A DNA stretch of 63,474 nucleotides, taken from positions 13,662,145 through 13,725,618 of the forward strand of contig NC_068991.1 of the NCBI RefSeq assembly GCF_001194135.2. Reading direction: 5' to 3'. A program made the position numbers and the translations under genes. Positions within the stretch are counted from its first letter, which is position 1. Every line of letters begins with the position of its first letter. This document shows, piece by piece, positions 26,937-40,590 of this stretch. The DNA is from Octopus bimaculoides. Taxonomy: Eukaryota. The notes under the pieces were generated by a model. That model worked only from the letters and a program-made list of their open reading frames with translations. It searched no databases and was not told the origin of the DNA.

Positions 26937-27341
26937 ATATATCTATATATATATGCACACACAAGTGTACAATTGTGTACATTCAATTATGTACATTCAT
27001 AGATGCACACGCATACAGGCGCACTTATGAAATTATAGATAGCTAAAGTTATGTAACCATGTGCTTACATTGCTCTATATATTAATTTGAATATAGAAAA
27101 TAAAATAACGATGAAAATCTAAAAACTATAAAATAAATGAATTGATAGACCTAAAACTAAGCATAAAATAAATTTAATGACATAAGCAAGGAACAAAGAT
27201 ATAATATAAGAATACAGATGTTTATACGTTTAAATATGTTTATATAGACATAAAAACTCTCTCACACACATCCGCATACAGAGACACAGACATAGACATG
27301 CACACAAACGGACACACACACACTCATATATATATATACAT

Positions 27342-27383
<42 letters not shown>

Positions 27384-27524
27384 CCATGTTAAATGAATGG
27401 AACAAGTAAGAGAAANNNNNNNNNNNNNNNNNNNNNNNNNNNNNNNNNNNNNNNNNNNNNNNNNNNNNNNNNNNNNNNNNNNNNNNNNNNNNNNNNNNNN
27501 NNNNNCTCATATATATATATACAT

Positions 27525-27566
<42 letters not shown>

Positions 27567-28111
27567 CCATGTTAAATGAATGGAACAAGTAAGAGAAAAA
27601 AAAAGAAAAGAATATATGAATATATATATGTGTGTGTATGTGGCAGAATTATATACAAAGCTATAATCTTTGTCAGTTCGTTCAAGGTTGCCCCTCTCAG
27701 GTACATCTGATCGACAAAAGTGAACAAACTCGAAACATCGATGTCTCAGATTCCCGAGAGAGGTCGACACTGAACGAATGGGGTGTTAGCACACCTTTTT
27801 ACCATAAGAGAGAATTTTTCTCCACGGTAACTGCAGTGTTTTTGCCTTTAGCAGTTGGAATATGGGACAAACATATTTCAACTAACCTAAATTGTGATTA
27901 TACGTAAACACTGCTTAGCGCATTTACTCCGATATATAATATATATATATACGCTAAATTAATAATTATATATATAATTATATAATTATATTAAAGTATC
28001 AGGAAAAACCCTCCTCCAACATGCTAAAAGTAGACACCAAAGCTGCTAAAAAGCCACTGTATAACTCCTACAAAAATGTATGTGTATTTACACTTGGCTT
28101 GTTCATAATAA

Positions 28112-28207
28112 TTGTTTGACGCTTGTTCCGATCGTATTAATTGCATACTGTTGCATATCTATATGCAGTGATTTATGCATTATTAGCACGATCTCTTCAG
28201 GGTGTAT
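28112..28207 (-). ncRNA. Degenerate hammerhead-like motif
   Basis: CTGAAGA, perfect stem II base GATCGT/ACGATC enclosing TGCATA-TAGA-TATGCA hairpin, GGAAC (one core change), AAGC, GTC; no proximal stem I. Confidence 0.4.
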
Positions 28208-28645
28208 AAATATGACATTGTTTCTAAGAGGAATTTTGCTCCGTTATTAACTTGAATTAGACTTGGTAATAATAGTAGTTGTAAACCATGACGTTCAGCG
28301 ATGAACTGTTTGGGTAAAATTCAGCAACAGTGTTTGTTGAAGTATGCACATTTTCTTGGTCAGTTGGGGAGTGATTATTTATTGAAGATCTAGTATTAAT
28401 ATTTGTCATAGGAGTATTATTGACTTTATCTGGTGCATAAGCATAGATATTTGTATATGGACGTACGCAATTGCTTCGTATGGGTACGTATAAGTAACTG
28501 TGATTATGTCCTTTGAATATTGTGCTGAGGATGGAAAATAAGCTCTTTTTATTGCTTTAATCCAGAAATTGGATCCTATACACAATTTACTGTCAAGTTT
28601 TATTTAACATTTTCATTTGCCCCGTTCACAACCCGTGTTTTGTAG

Positions 28646-28698
28646 GTGTTATACAATGGATTTTGGCTCCTTTCGCGTCTGCTTTCAACATGGAGAAG
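28646..28698 (+). CDS. Candidate first coding exon (ATG 28656; MDFGSFRVCFQHGE-G)
   Basis: Acceptor ...cgtgttttgtag, donor AAG|gttcgt; phase-1 end fits the exon at 47979. Confidence 0.25.
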
Positions 28699-29739
28699 GT
28701 TCGTTTCTGATGCCTTTAATATAGTTACATCATTATATATATATATCATTAATAATTTAGTATATAAATTACCTACAAGGTTTTATTTCATGCTGGCTTC
28801 TCGATATAATTATTAAGGTAATTTTATCCTGAATTCTATTAAGAATAAATTATATATATGTATATATATATATATATATATATNNNNNNNNNNNNNNNNN
28901 NNNNNNNNNNNNNNNNNNNNNNNNNNNNNNNNNNNNNNNNNNNNNNNNNNNNNNNNNNNNNNNNNNNNNNNNNNNNNNNNNNNNNNNNNNNNNNNNNNNN
29001 NNNNNNNNNNNNNNNNNNNNNNNNNNNNNNNNNNNNNNNNNNNNNNNNNNNNNNNNNNNNNNNNNNNNNNNNNNNNNNNNNNNNNNNNNNNNNNNNNNNN
29101 NNNNNNNNNNNNNNNNNNNNNNNNNNNNNNNNNNNNNNNNNNNNNNNNNNNNNNNNNNNNNNNNNNNNNNNNNNNNNNNNNNNNNNNNNNNNNNNNNNNN
29201 NNNNNNNNNNNNNNNNNNNNNNNNNNNNNNNNNNNNNNNNNNNNNNNNNNNNNNNNNNNNNNNNNNNNNNNNNNNNNNNNNNNNNNNNNNNNNNNNNNNN
29301 NNNNNNNNNNNNNNNNNNNNNNNNNNNNNNNNNNNNNNNNNNNNNNNNNNNNNNNNNNNNNNNNNNNNNNNNNNNNNNNNNNNNNNNNNNNNNNNNNNNN
29401 NNNNNNNNNNNNNNNNNNNNNNNNNNNNNNNNNNNNNNNNNNNNNNNNNNNNNNNNNNNNNNNNNNNNNNNNNNNNNNNNNNNNNNNNNNNNNNNNNNNN
29501 NNNNNNNNNNNNNNNNNNNNNNNNNNNNNNNNNNNNNNNNNNNNNNNNNNNNNNNNNNNNNNNNNNNNNNNNNNNNNNNNNNNNNNNNNNNNNNNNNNNN
29601 NNNNNNNNNNNNNNNNNNNNNNNNNNGTAAACCTTATAAGACATTTTTGATTTTTCCTAAGTAGACTTCAGTCGAAAATCTTTTTTATGAGACGTAAAGG
29701 TAAGAAAGGGTTCATGCAGATGCCGTCAGGTATCAACAG

Positions 29740-29930
29740 ATTAATTGCTCCATAATATTTGGAATTTTTGAGCGTCTTCTTGTTGGGAGTCTATTATAAC
29801 TTCATTTTCTTATTTAATTGGTTCTCAGCCGTCAACAGAATCTCGAGTGTTTCGCGAATACCTAATTGGCAATTCTGTCTGTCACATTGACATAATTTAG
29901 CTGAAGTTTTGAAGTCTATGGCATTAGACT
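29740..29930 (-). mobile_element. Penelope-like GIY-YIG endonuclease C-terminal remnant
   Basis: FKTSAKLCQCDRQNCQLGIRETLEILLTAENQLNKK resembles the C-x-L-C-x2-EK-x2-I...LLNKR end of canonical PLE ORFs. Confidence 0.45.
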
Positions 29931-31031
29931 ATAAATTTAACATACATTCTGCTAAAGAGTAATAATGTTAAAATTTAGAGTAGAAAATTTGTGACAGCGC
30001 ACATAAAATATCCCCTTTAAAAACATACTGTTGATCTTAGATAATATATTTTTCTATTTAAAGTGTTTCCTACACGTTGGTAAACAATGTTGATGCGAAA
30101 GCAATTATAGCCAAGGAACAAATATCCATAATTTTACAATTACATCTATAAATAAAGCTATCCTCATGTTGCTTATGGTTCGCAAAAATTATCATGCATA
30201 TCGTTATCTCGTACAGCGTTCATGCGACTGGAAGACATGTTTGCTACACCGTTTTTATTTTTGTTACCACTAAGGTTACTGTGAGTTAAATTATTATTCA
30301 TACTCGGTGTTTAAACACTATAATTTAGTGGCTTAATATTCATAAAATATATCTACTCAATTTTTACAAGTCACATCAAAAATCTTCGCCCATTCGTGTC
30401 CATTGTAAGCCTCACTAGCCATTAAATTCAAGTTAGATAGTGTCCTATAACTAATTGTTGCATTGTCGCATTTGAGTTTAGTATTTTTTGATGCTCCTAC
30501 GGTAGCATCTAGGTCTGAGATAGCGAAATAGGAAAGTTTCATAATATATCTCTTAAAGAAACGGTGATATTTTTGCGTGGAGGAAAGTTTAGTGGCATTT
30601 GTGCTGTATTGGAAGTTTTAAATAAGCGTTAGTTTCACATAGTTTCAAATCTTACGTTGGGAAGATTATAACCCCTGTGATTTGTAATAATTGATCCATT
30701 CGTGTTCAAGAGTTCGATTCAGTAAAACATAGAACTCAAAAATAAAGTTGCTGCTTATACGTAATTTTTCATGATGTGTTTCTCAGTTATGAAGCCTGGA
30801 ATGCATGCGTTCTGTTGGCTCATAATTAAGTGAGGTGGTTGTATTTTGAAGTCTCTTTTATGCAAACTAAAAGTGAATTTTCCGCTTCTTGTTTAATATA
30901 CTGGCCGGTAGGATCCGTACATTAAACTCCTATGCTGCACAAAAGTTACAATTACTGTCTTAGCTGTTGTATGGCTTCTCTTCGTGGAGTTGGTCACATG
31001 ATTCTTTAATCGACGGGGCTTGAAATATCAA

Positions 31032-31122
31032 ATGAATTCCGACAATGAGATGAAGTTACCTTTGCTTTTCAAACTTAAACGAAAAAGTGTATTACGTATA
31101 TCAAGAATTGCACAAATTGTCG
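31032..31122 (+). CDS. Alternative candidate first coding exon (MNSDNEMKLPLLFKLKRKSVLRISRIAQIV-G)
   Basis: Open frame ending at strong donor TCG|gtaagc in phase 1. Confidence 0.3.
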
Positions 31123-31633
31123 GTAAGCCTGAGAAAGGTATTTCGTATCGCGCTATCAATAATTTCTACAGCGGTTGTGTACAAGCGCCGCTATCAAAAA
31201 TTTCAGTGTTAAAGGCACAGTTTATTTCTACACGTAGCATTTATTTTAGAGTGTAGTATTCCCTTTACATTGCTGTAGTCTTTGTGGATATATTTTTATC
31301 TTGTTGGAATGTGAATTATCTTAAGATCCCATGTCTTGTGTGCGATACATACATGCACTCTGTGTTTACCTTTCTTGTTACTCTATTTTCGGCTGTCTCA
31401 ATTGCAACGTCTTTCAATTCACACCAGTATTGATTTATATCTGTTTCTGCGTTAATGCAGAGATGCTATACATAGATACTGCGGAAAGCTCTTCTCCGCA
31501 TTACGTTACCCAGGAATTATTGTATCTTGCAAAATATTTCCTTACTTTCATTTTTTAAATATTGAAGTTAGCAATGTTTCTCAAGGTGGATATTCTAACG
31601 AATTCTAGAGCTTTCTAAATCAAACTCTTATTT

Positions 31634-32015
31634 GGAGGCGCAATGGCCCAGTGGTTAGGGCAGCGGACTCGCGGTCATAGGATCGCGGTTTCGATTCCGA
31701 GACCGGGCGTTATGAGTGTTTATTGAGCGAAAACACCTAAAGCACCACGAGGCTCCGGCAGGGGATGGTGGAGAACCCTGCAGTACTCTTTCACCACAAA
31801 TTTTTCTCACTCTTTCTTCCTGTTTCTGTTGTGCCTGTAATTCAAAGGGTCAGCCTTGTCACACTGTGTCACGCTGAATATCCCCGAGAACTACGTTAAG
31901 GGTACACGTGTTTGTGGAGTGCTCAGCCACTTGCACGTTAATTTCACGAGCAGGCTGTTCCGTTGATCGGATCAACTGGAACCCTTGACGTCGTAAGCGA
32001 CGGAGTGCCAACAAC
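31634..32015 (+). mobile_element. tRNA-derived SINE family C, full length
   Basis: A-box tggcccagtgg, B-box ggtttcgattcc; three further copies in window. Confidence 0.9.
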
Positions 32016-32365
32016 TAGAAATGTAACTGTTTCTAACACCCTAGCCATATTTAGTGACAATTATAGATTTCCTTTCTGGTACAATATTTCAAACTGCTGT
32101 TCTCTGTCTCTGTCTCTCTCTGTCTGTCTGTCTGTCTNNNNNNNNNNNNNNNNNNNNNNNNNNNNNNNNNNNNNNNNNNNNNNNNNNNNNNNNNNNNNNN
32201 NNNNNNNNNNNNNNNNNNNNNNNNNNNNNNNNNNNNNNNNNNNNNNNNNNNNNNNNNNNNNNNNNNNNNNNNNNNNNNNNNNNNNNNNNNNNNNNNNNNN
32301 NNNNNNNNNNNNNNNNNNNNNNNNNNNNNNNNNNNNNNNNNNNNNNNNNNNNNNNNNNNNNNNNN

Positions 32366-32408
<43 letters not shown>

Positions 32409-32790
32409 CAAGGACTGAATGAGGAAAACACAACAAACGAAAAATTTGACAAAATGTTCCGTTTGTAAACGGAAATTTCGTGGCTGATTCCTCATCAGTC
32501 AATGTCCAAGACATCCAAATAGTTTCGCGACACACATACACTCATACAGATACATGCGCCCGCGCACACACACATATATATACACACGTATATACATACA
32601 TGTATATATCATATTATATCTATACATGTGGATGTGTATAAAGTAGGGGAATGGGAAAACGAGATAGAGAAAGATAAATAAATATATAAATGCTTTGATA
32701 GATCAGTACACAGGCAGACAGATACATAGACAGACAGACAGACAGACAAATAGATAGATAGATAGATAGATAGGTAGGTAGATAGATAAC

Positions 32791-32831
<41 letters not shown>

Positions 32832-33234
32832 GTGCGTATTTAAGCGTTTGTTATTCCACTAGATTATATCTGAAACTTATCCAACTGGCAGACAGTGTGG
32901 GTTAGATCCTGTTTAATCATGTCTGACATTTTTCAGAAGCAATTCTATCTTGTCTCATCGTCATCAATATAGTGACATAAGTTTGCTCTTGACGCAGTTC
33001 TAGCTCCCATGCTCGCGTATATATATATATATATATAAAGTACTTTCATCTATGTTAGCGGCTCATATGTTTATGGTTTAGCTGTCAGAAAGACGAATTG
33101 CTTTAGACGAATTTAGATTTAGTCTCTGAAATATAAATTGAAAACAAAATGATGAAAATAGGCTTAAATAAATCAGTACAAACGTTACATACGAAATCCG
33201 AACATAGTTTAGGAGTCGTACTATTAGTAGTATT

Positions 33235-33460
33235 ACTGTTGATTTCAAATTTTGGCACAAGGCCAGCCATTTGAGTGAGGAGTGGTTAGTTGATTGCTTA
33301 AACCCCACTACAAGGCTGGTACTTATTTTATCAACTCCGAAAGGATGAAAGGTAAAGTCGAACTTAACAGAGTTTTGAATTCAGAACTTTCAGACAGATA
33401 ACAATGCCCTTATGTATTTTCTCTGACGGCGTGCTAACGATTCTGCCAGTTCGCCGATTT
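33235..33460 (-). mobile_element. SINE family B copy
   Basis: Reverse-complement match, head to tail. Confidence 0.8.
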
Positions 33461-33654
33461 AAACCCAATTGTTTAAGGGTACCCAAGGTAGCGTCCTCTA
33501 ACAGACCGAACAGTTCTCTCACCGGGATTGGTGCATCTACGAGGTCTGCACTACTAGGAACAGCTACGATTGTATGATGTCTAAGCAGTCTGATTGTGAC
33601 CCGGTATAAAAGACACTGATTTGATTCTGAAAGTAAAACATCCGTGAAAACTAC

Positions 33655-33656
<2 letters not shown>

Positions 33657-33713
<57 letters not shown>

Positions 33714-33716
33714 TTC

Positions 33717-33796
<80 letters not shown>

Positions 33797-33805
33797 GATG
33801 ATGAT
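33657..33805. repeat. Compound (AAT)n-(GAT)n-(GGT)n microsatellite
   Basis: Direct observation. Confidence 0.95.
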
Positions 33806-34409
33806 TTCAAATTTTGGTTTAACGGCAGTAATTTCAGGGTAAGTGGGTAACTTGATGTTAAATGAATGATATAGATTTAAGTTTAGCTGGTTTTTGTTTC
33901 CAGAAGTAACGTTCCTGCGCATCTTCCCATATATAGATAGCTCATTGTTATTTATAGTCAATAAATGTGGTGGAGTCGAAAAATCAGTTGGTCTGAGACG
34001 TATAATTTAAAGTTTTGTTAGCCTTTAATTCAATTAATTGTCGTTGCGTACAAGAGTGTGTGTGTGTGTGTGGATAATTATAAACGTGTATTCAGGTAAA
34101 ACTAAATGGTTTAAAAAAATTTTTTTATTCCACCCTTCGAGCTATTATACAATGCTGCAAGTGTTCGACAAATGTAAACAAATGTTTGTTGTTATTTTTT
34201 CTGCAAGCAGATAACGGATGATTGACTAATTTTCGAATAAGAATTATAATTACTCATGCAGACATACATATACAAACACGCACGTCTAAGTACGTGTGTA
34301 TGTATGCATGTATGTACGTATTTATGGATGTATATATGTATAAATATGTTTGTGTATATGCATACACATACATGTATATGTATACATATTTACATACATA
34401 CATACTTGC

Positions 34410-34516
<107 letters not shown>

Positions 34517-34647
34517 TATTTACAAACACACATATACATATATAGTCATATACACTTATTTATTTTACATGCATATATTTATTTACACCTCTTTCTATCT
34601 ATCTATCTATCTATCTATCTATCCATCTATCTATCTGTTTATCTATC

Positions 34648-34679
<32 letters not shown>

Positions 34680-35094
34680 GGTAGTTATGCATGCAGATAT
34701 GTATGTATGTGTGTATGTAGGTAGGTATGCATGCAGGTATGTATGTATGTATGTATGTATGTATGTATGTATAAACGAGTATGCACACAATCTGTTTTGC
34801 TTTCGCTGTTTTATATTTCTTGTAATATCCCTTGCCCTTGGTGGGTGCACTACAGTTGCAAATTTAATTATCGTTAAGTAAATCATTTTTGGAAACATTC
34901 CGTCTTTTTACGATTCTCTTATCTAAAATTAAATTTGCTGTTGCCAACTTCCAATTGCAAATATTTAAATATACTTTACCAATACGTTTGTATAGATTTC
35001 TGTTATCTTTATTTTTACTCTTTCTTTACTCTCTTATACCATTTTATAGTATCTTTCTCTTCTTATACTTTTCTTATTATTATCTCTCATCATA

Positions 35095-35312
35095 AAGGGC
35101 AGCAAAGCACTGAGAATCGTTAACTCATCGGACAAAATGCTTAGTAGCATTTCGTCCGTCTCTACTTTCTGAGTTCAAATTTCATCAAGGTGGTCGACTT
35201 CACCATTCATCCTTTCGGGATCGATAAAGTAAGCACCATTTGATCTCTGGGGTCAATGTAATCCACTTGCTTCCTACTTCGAAGTTGCTGGCCTTTTGCA
35301 AAAATTTGAAGA
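35095..35312 (+). mobile_element. SINE family B copy
   Basis: Match to consensus. Confidence 0.8.
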
Positions 35313-35634
35313 TATTTTCTGTTCCTGGATTGCAAATGCATACCCTTCAAAGTGGGAGGTAGTTATCCGGCTATTGGTCCGTGATAAACTGTTTTAATGA
35401 TCGATTTTACTGTCATCACGGAGCTTTCAACTAACATATCCATGCGTAGTCTACTGCTCACATAGGTTCATCCTTTCATCTGATGATACATTGTGCTAGA
35501 GTCGTGCGACTTCTTTGGGCACGTATTCTAGGTTACCAGACAAAGTGTGTTGCTCAAGGAGCTGCCTTCCAGGTTGCAAAATTCTGTACAAGGCTAGCAA
35601 TTTTCTTTTTGGTGGATGGAGGTGGACGTTAGTC

Positions 35635-35805
35635 GATATCATTGACCCCAGTTCCTCAACTGCTACACTTTTTTTTATCAACCATGAAAGGATGAAAAAC
35701 GAAGACGATTTCGGTGGATTTTGAACTCCGAACCTAAAGAGCAAGGAGAAATTCCGTTAAGTATTATTGTTTGACGCGCTATGGATTTTGCTAGCTCACT
35801 ACATT
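35635..35805 (-). mobile_element. SINE family B copy (old)
   Basis: Reverse-complement match. Confidence 0.65.
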
Positions 35806-38800
35806 TACAAGTAAAGAAACAAATGAATAAAAAAATAAAGTTAAATTTGATATTCGTTTTCTTAAAGATGAATCTAGGATTGAATTCAGAAACATAAACT
35901 GCTTTTGAGCCAATGAGCGAGTCTCTACGCGGCCGTTCAGCTAAATTTCCTTCGAATCACGCGTGATCGTCATAAACAAGATAGAATGCATTTTAAGTAA
36001 CTTGCTCAACAATTATTCATTTGGTGCTTTACGTAATATGATGGGTATCAATAGCATTCTGAGTTTGTTTCGCTTGTAATTTATTTAGTTTCTTTGCAAC
36101 AAAGCATGAGTTACTGAAATATATTTTATTTCGTTAATGAAAGAAAATACGCTGTATTTTTTCTTGATATTTCTTTAACTAAATTACGTTTCACCTACAA
36201 TGTTTATTCTTCAAATATTTACAGATAGACTATGTGGAAATGGTTGTGTCTCATTGGTACAACCTCCTTAGCTGTACATTAATTACATTATATTTATTTA
36301 AAGTAGAATAAAGTAAAATATGGAAATTGACAGAGACAGATATAAATACTTTATACAAATATTTGACAAAAATTAATATGGTTGATTGTATTTTCGGATC
36401 AAGTAGAGAGGAAAGTAAATTTAAAATGACATGAAGATTTTAAAATTCTACAAAGCAATTCCATTTCATTATTTCTTGTTGCCGTTGGTTTATAGGTCAT
36501 TTATCATTTATGCTGAATGTTATGGATAAGATCTTCATTGCAGCTATAATACATCTAGCACAAAAAGTAGACGCCATTTCCTGGACTAATCTTCAGATAC
36601 AAAGCTACCTCCAATAGACAACCACTGTTGTGTATTTCTTGAAGAAATTTGCAGATGGTTTTAAAGGATTTCTGTAACTTATTTCTTATTAGTTGTTTAG
36701 GTTCTGAATGGGAGAAGCCCTGCTGTAAAATTTTCAAATTCTACGTCATTTCAGTCAAGTACTAGGGTCAATGTAATCGATTTCCCCGTCCCCTTAAAAA
36801 CTGTTGGCTCTGTGCGAAAATTAATGAAATACTGATGTGACAAGCTGGAATAATCTTTCGACTCTTCACGTTCCGAGTTCAGATACCATCTCTGAAGGAT
36901 ACTGCCAGTCTGCTGGAACGCTAATCTCCAATTAGTGCTGGTACTCATTCCAGATGAGTAAAATGGGTGGGGTGGAGTAGGGTGGGGTTAAGCAAGAAAG
37001 AAATGAGGTGCATTAATCAAGATCACCAACTTGTACTCCGTCTCGAAATCGAACTCAGGACACACACCCATACATACAGAAGTTTGATAATTGCTATACA
37101 CAGAACTTACAATCTTTGAGTCATTTATGTAACTTTTCAACCGATTAATACATACACGCATACATTACTTACTTGACTATCAACATGTATACATATAGAT
37201 ATAGGAAAAATCTTTTCCACAAAAGAAAAGATCAAATAGATTTGCACTTTCCAGATACAGACGATTATAGAACAGTGAAAATTCTTAAAACATTTCAGGT
37301 AATTAGGTGAACATATGCACCCAATCACATATACATATGAAATATATATATAAATACACGCAAACATAAACAGCGATGGAACACATATTTTTGTTTAACG
37401 TGACACTTACACCCACGCGTGTCACGATACAAGTTTACCCGCACGCACAAACATGCCAACAACACGTACACATATATGCATACATCAACTAATTAAGATT
37501 TGTTAGTGTTCGGCATGAACTCTGCAAAGGAAAAAAAAACGGCTTAAGATAAATTCTCAAGTAAGACATACATAAATACTTTTATAAGTACATAAATAAA
37601 TAAATGCATGAATACATAGATATATGCATACGTGTGCATTTAGTTTTGTTAGTAAATGCCTAAGTGATAATTTTGTAATAAAGTTTTTAAAAATACGGTT
37701 TTCAGAAAACGAAATCAACCAACTAAAATGCTGGTAGATTTACATTGCGAATCAATCTGTAAGCGGAAGAGTGAAAACATTAAAGACATTTCTTAAGTTC
37801 AAAATATAACATTGCTTTTGCTATCTACATTGATACGACATAGCGTTGTTTCTTTGTAAGATACCAGCTCCTTCTTTACAGGAAAACTTCAGATAATTAA
37901 AAATCCATCCATCCATCCATCCATCCGTCCGTCCATCCATACATGCATGCATGCATGCACAGTCTATCAAAATTTACTCGCTAGGTGTTCAGTCGACCTG
38001 CTGCCATTGTAGAAAATTACGTACTCAGGGTGACACGTAATGGGATGGAACCTGTATATGTGTAGTTTCGAAGCAAATCTCTCAAGCACAGTAACACACA
38101 TACGACTACAGATATAGCAGATATTTGCAAGACATAAAAGAGCAAATAGTAAGCAACTAGTTACAATTATTTTGATATTCTTTCAGATATTTATTTTGAG
38201 ATCTGTACGAGGTTGCGCGAGAATGCTAAGAGCAGCAGTCAGCCATTTTACATTTGTAGCTTTCTACATATGTCTCTAATCTCCTAGAGACTAATTCATT
38301 CCTTTATTCCGTCAATCATGTTCGGAAAAGCACCAGAGAGAGTTGCTTTTAGAACATAATCCTGCTTTACAAGTTCTAATGAAAAGTAATCTGAGTGTAT
38401 CAACTAATACTCACCGAATGACAGACAATAACATTCTATATCTCGGGAATCAACTGAAAGGGTGAGTGACGTGATAAGATGTGATGTTGATGCGACTTGA
38501 TGTTGATCATGATGATGTTGGGGCGGTGTTGGCGCGTAAGCAACGAGCGAGATGATGTGGGAAGGAGGGGGGGGGGAGGGGATACGAAGAGAATGATTAA
38601 AAGGGAACAAGTGACTGGCATATAGATATATATACATAATCAATTAGATAAAAAAGATATACATATATATAAACATACATATATACATAACTACATACAC
38701 GCACGCGCACACAGGCATACATACATATATGTGTGTGTGTATATATATATATATATACACACACTGAAGAACACATTCATACGCATTCACACATACGTTC

Positions 38801-39972
38801 ACACACACACTCACACACCCACACGCTCTCACATAAGCTGCGGTCACATATACACCTGAAGCTTTTTATATATATACATATATGCATATGTATATTTGTA
38901 TATATATACATACATATATATATATTCATATATATATATATTTATATAATATATATATTCATATACATACATATGTATATCTATATACATATATTTATTC
39001 ATATATATATATATACACACATACATATATATATATAGATAGAGACTTAGTATTATATTTTGCTTTATCTTTATAGATATTGTTGTAATTAAGGAAGACT
39101 TATGTGAGTATCTGTGTTCTTTTTTCTGCATGCTCCCATTATTTGATTCGGTATGAAAAATGAATACCGTTGTTAAACAATATGTTTTCCGCTGAATAAC
39201 TATCAAAAGAGTTAGAGCAAGCGGATTTAAGCCCTTTTCTTTACCGTTTCAATAAAAGCTACGCTACTCATTTTTCTGAGCAAAGAGAATAGAAATTTGT
39301 AGTTCTATGGTTAAATAAAAAAAATTTAAAAAATCAGTAGTAGGCGTACGATGAAATGGTATAAAATGCTGAAACTACCAGGATCGATATCTTTTCGACT
39401 TTCCTAATTGCGAGATTCACGTAGTTTTCGTAACTGACGAAGCTGAACGATTAGAAATACGTGTGTTCTACGATCTAAAAATGCCACTCCCAGCCTAATG
39501 GAAGATGCACATTTACACAAGTCCAGGTGCAGGATTCTATACAGGCATATGCTGCAGTGATTGGTCCTATCTCGTCCGCTTAAACTCGAACGTATTAAAT
39601 ACGGCTTTACATGGATATATATATATATATATACAATTGCACACGATCTCAAATCAGGTCACTTGCTATGTAAGTACACCTCCGTAATATATTATATATA
39701 TTAGAGGAAATATTAAAACCAAGGCAGAACATGTATCTCAAGTTATTTAAAATAATTTAATTATTCTAAATGTCTCAAGATACTCGTTATGCCATGGTTT
39801 TGATTTTATCTCTAATACAATATAAACATGCCATAACAGAACCCTAACACGGATATCTAGATCCAGCCTTAGCTGTGATCTTGGAACCTAACGGTCGACC
39901 TGCTGTAGCGCTTACCCAGCGTACCTATTTGATTAAATCACAAGTGAACTAAGCGTCTCATATTCCTTACAA

Positions 39973-40008
<36 letters not shown>

Positions 40009-40404
40009 GTGTATGTTAGTATTTATGTCTGTATGTGTATACATACACACGCCCACACACACACGCACACACTTATATACATATATATATGGGGGCAGAT
40101 AGAAATAATAAACAGAAGAGATGCGAATGTGCGTATGGTTGTGTGTAGGCGGTATATGTGTTGAATTTTTAACAAAAATCCATCAAAGATATTAACAGAA
40201 GAAATGCTCGCAAACAAAATGTAATCTTAATATTTATTAAACAGAACATACGGCAGTGACTTCAAAGTTTCAAACAATCACTTCGTCAAAAAGAAGACCG
40301 AACAGTAGACTGTTTGACAGTCAAAACTTCAGAGAGTGATTCACATCTTCTTTATAACACGCGCGCGCGCGCAGACACAGACGGACAGACAGACACACAC
40401 AAAC

Positions 40405-40590
40405 ATTCTTTTATTGTTTAAACTTGTTTTAGTTATTTGACTGCTGCCGCCTTAAAATATTTAAGGCCAACTTTAAGACTTAATTTTTATAAGCCAAGTA
40501 CTTTTTCTATCGGTCTGTTTTGCCGAACCACTAAAATTACGGGGATGTAAACACACCAACACCAGTTGTCAAGCGGTGATGGAAACGTAC
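40405..40590 (-). mobile_element. SINE family A 3' tail
   Basis: ttttgccgaacc...ttacggggatgtaaacacacc...ggttgtcaagcg motifs. Confidence 0.7.

Noticed and set aside
27320-27600. Exact duplication either side of an N gap
   Set aside because: Typical scaffold overlap artefact
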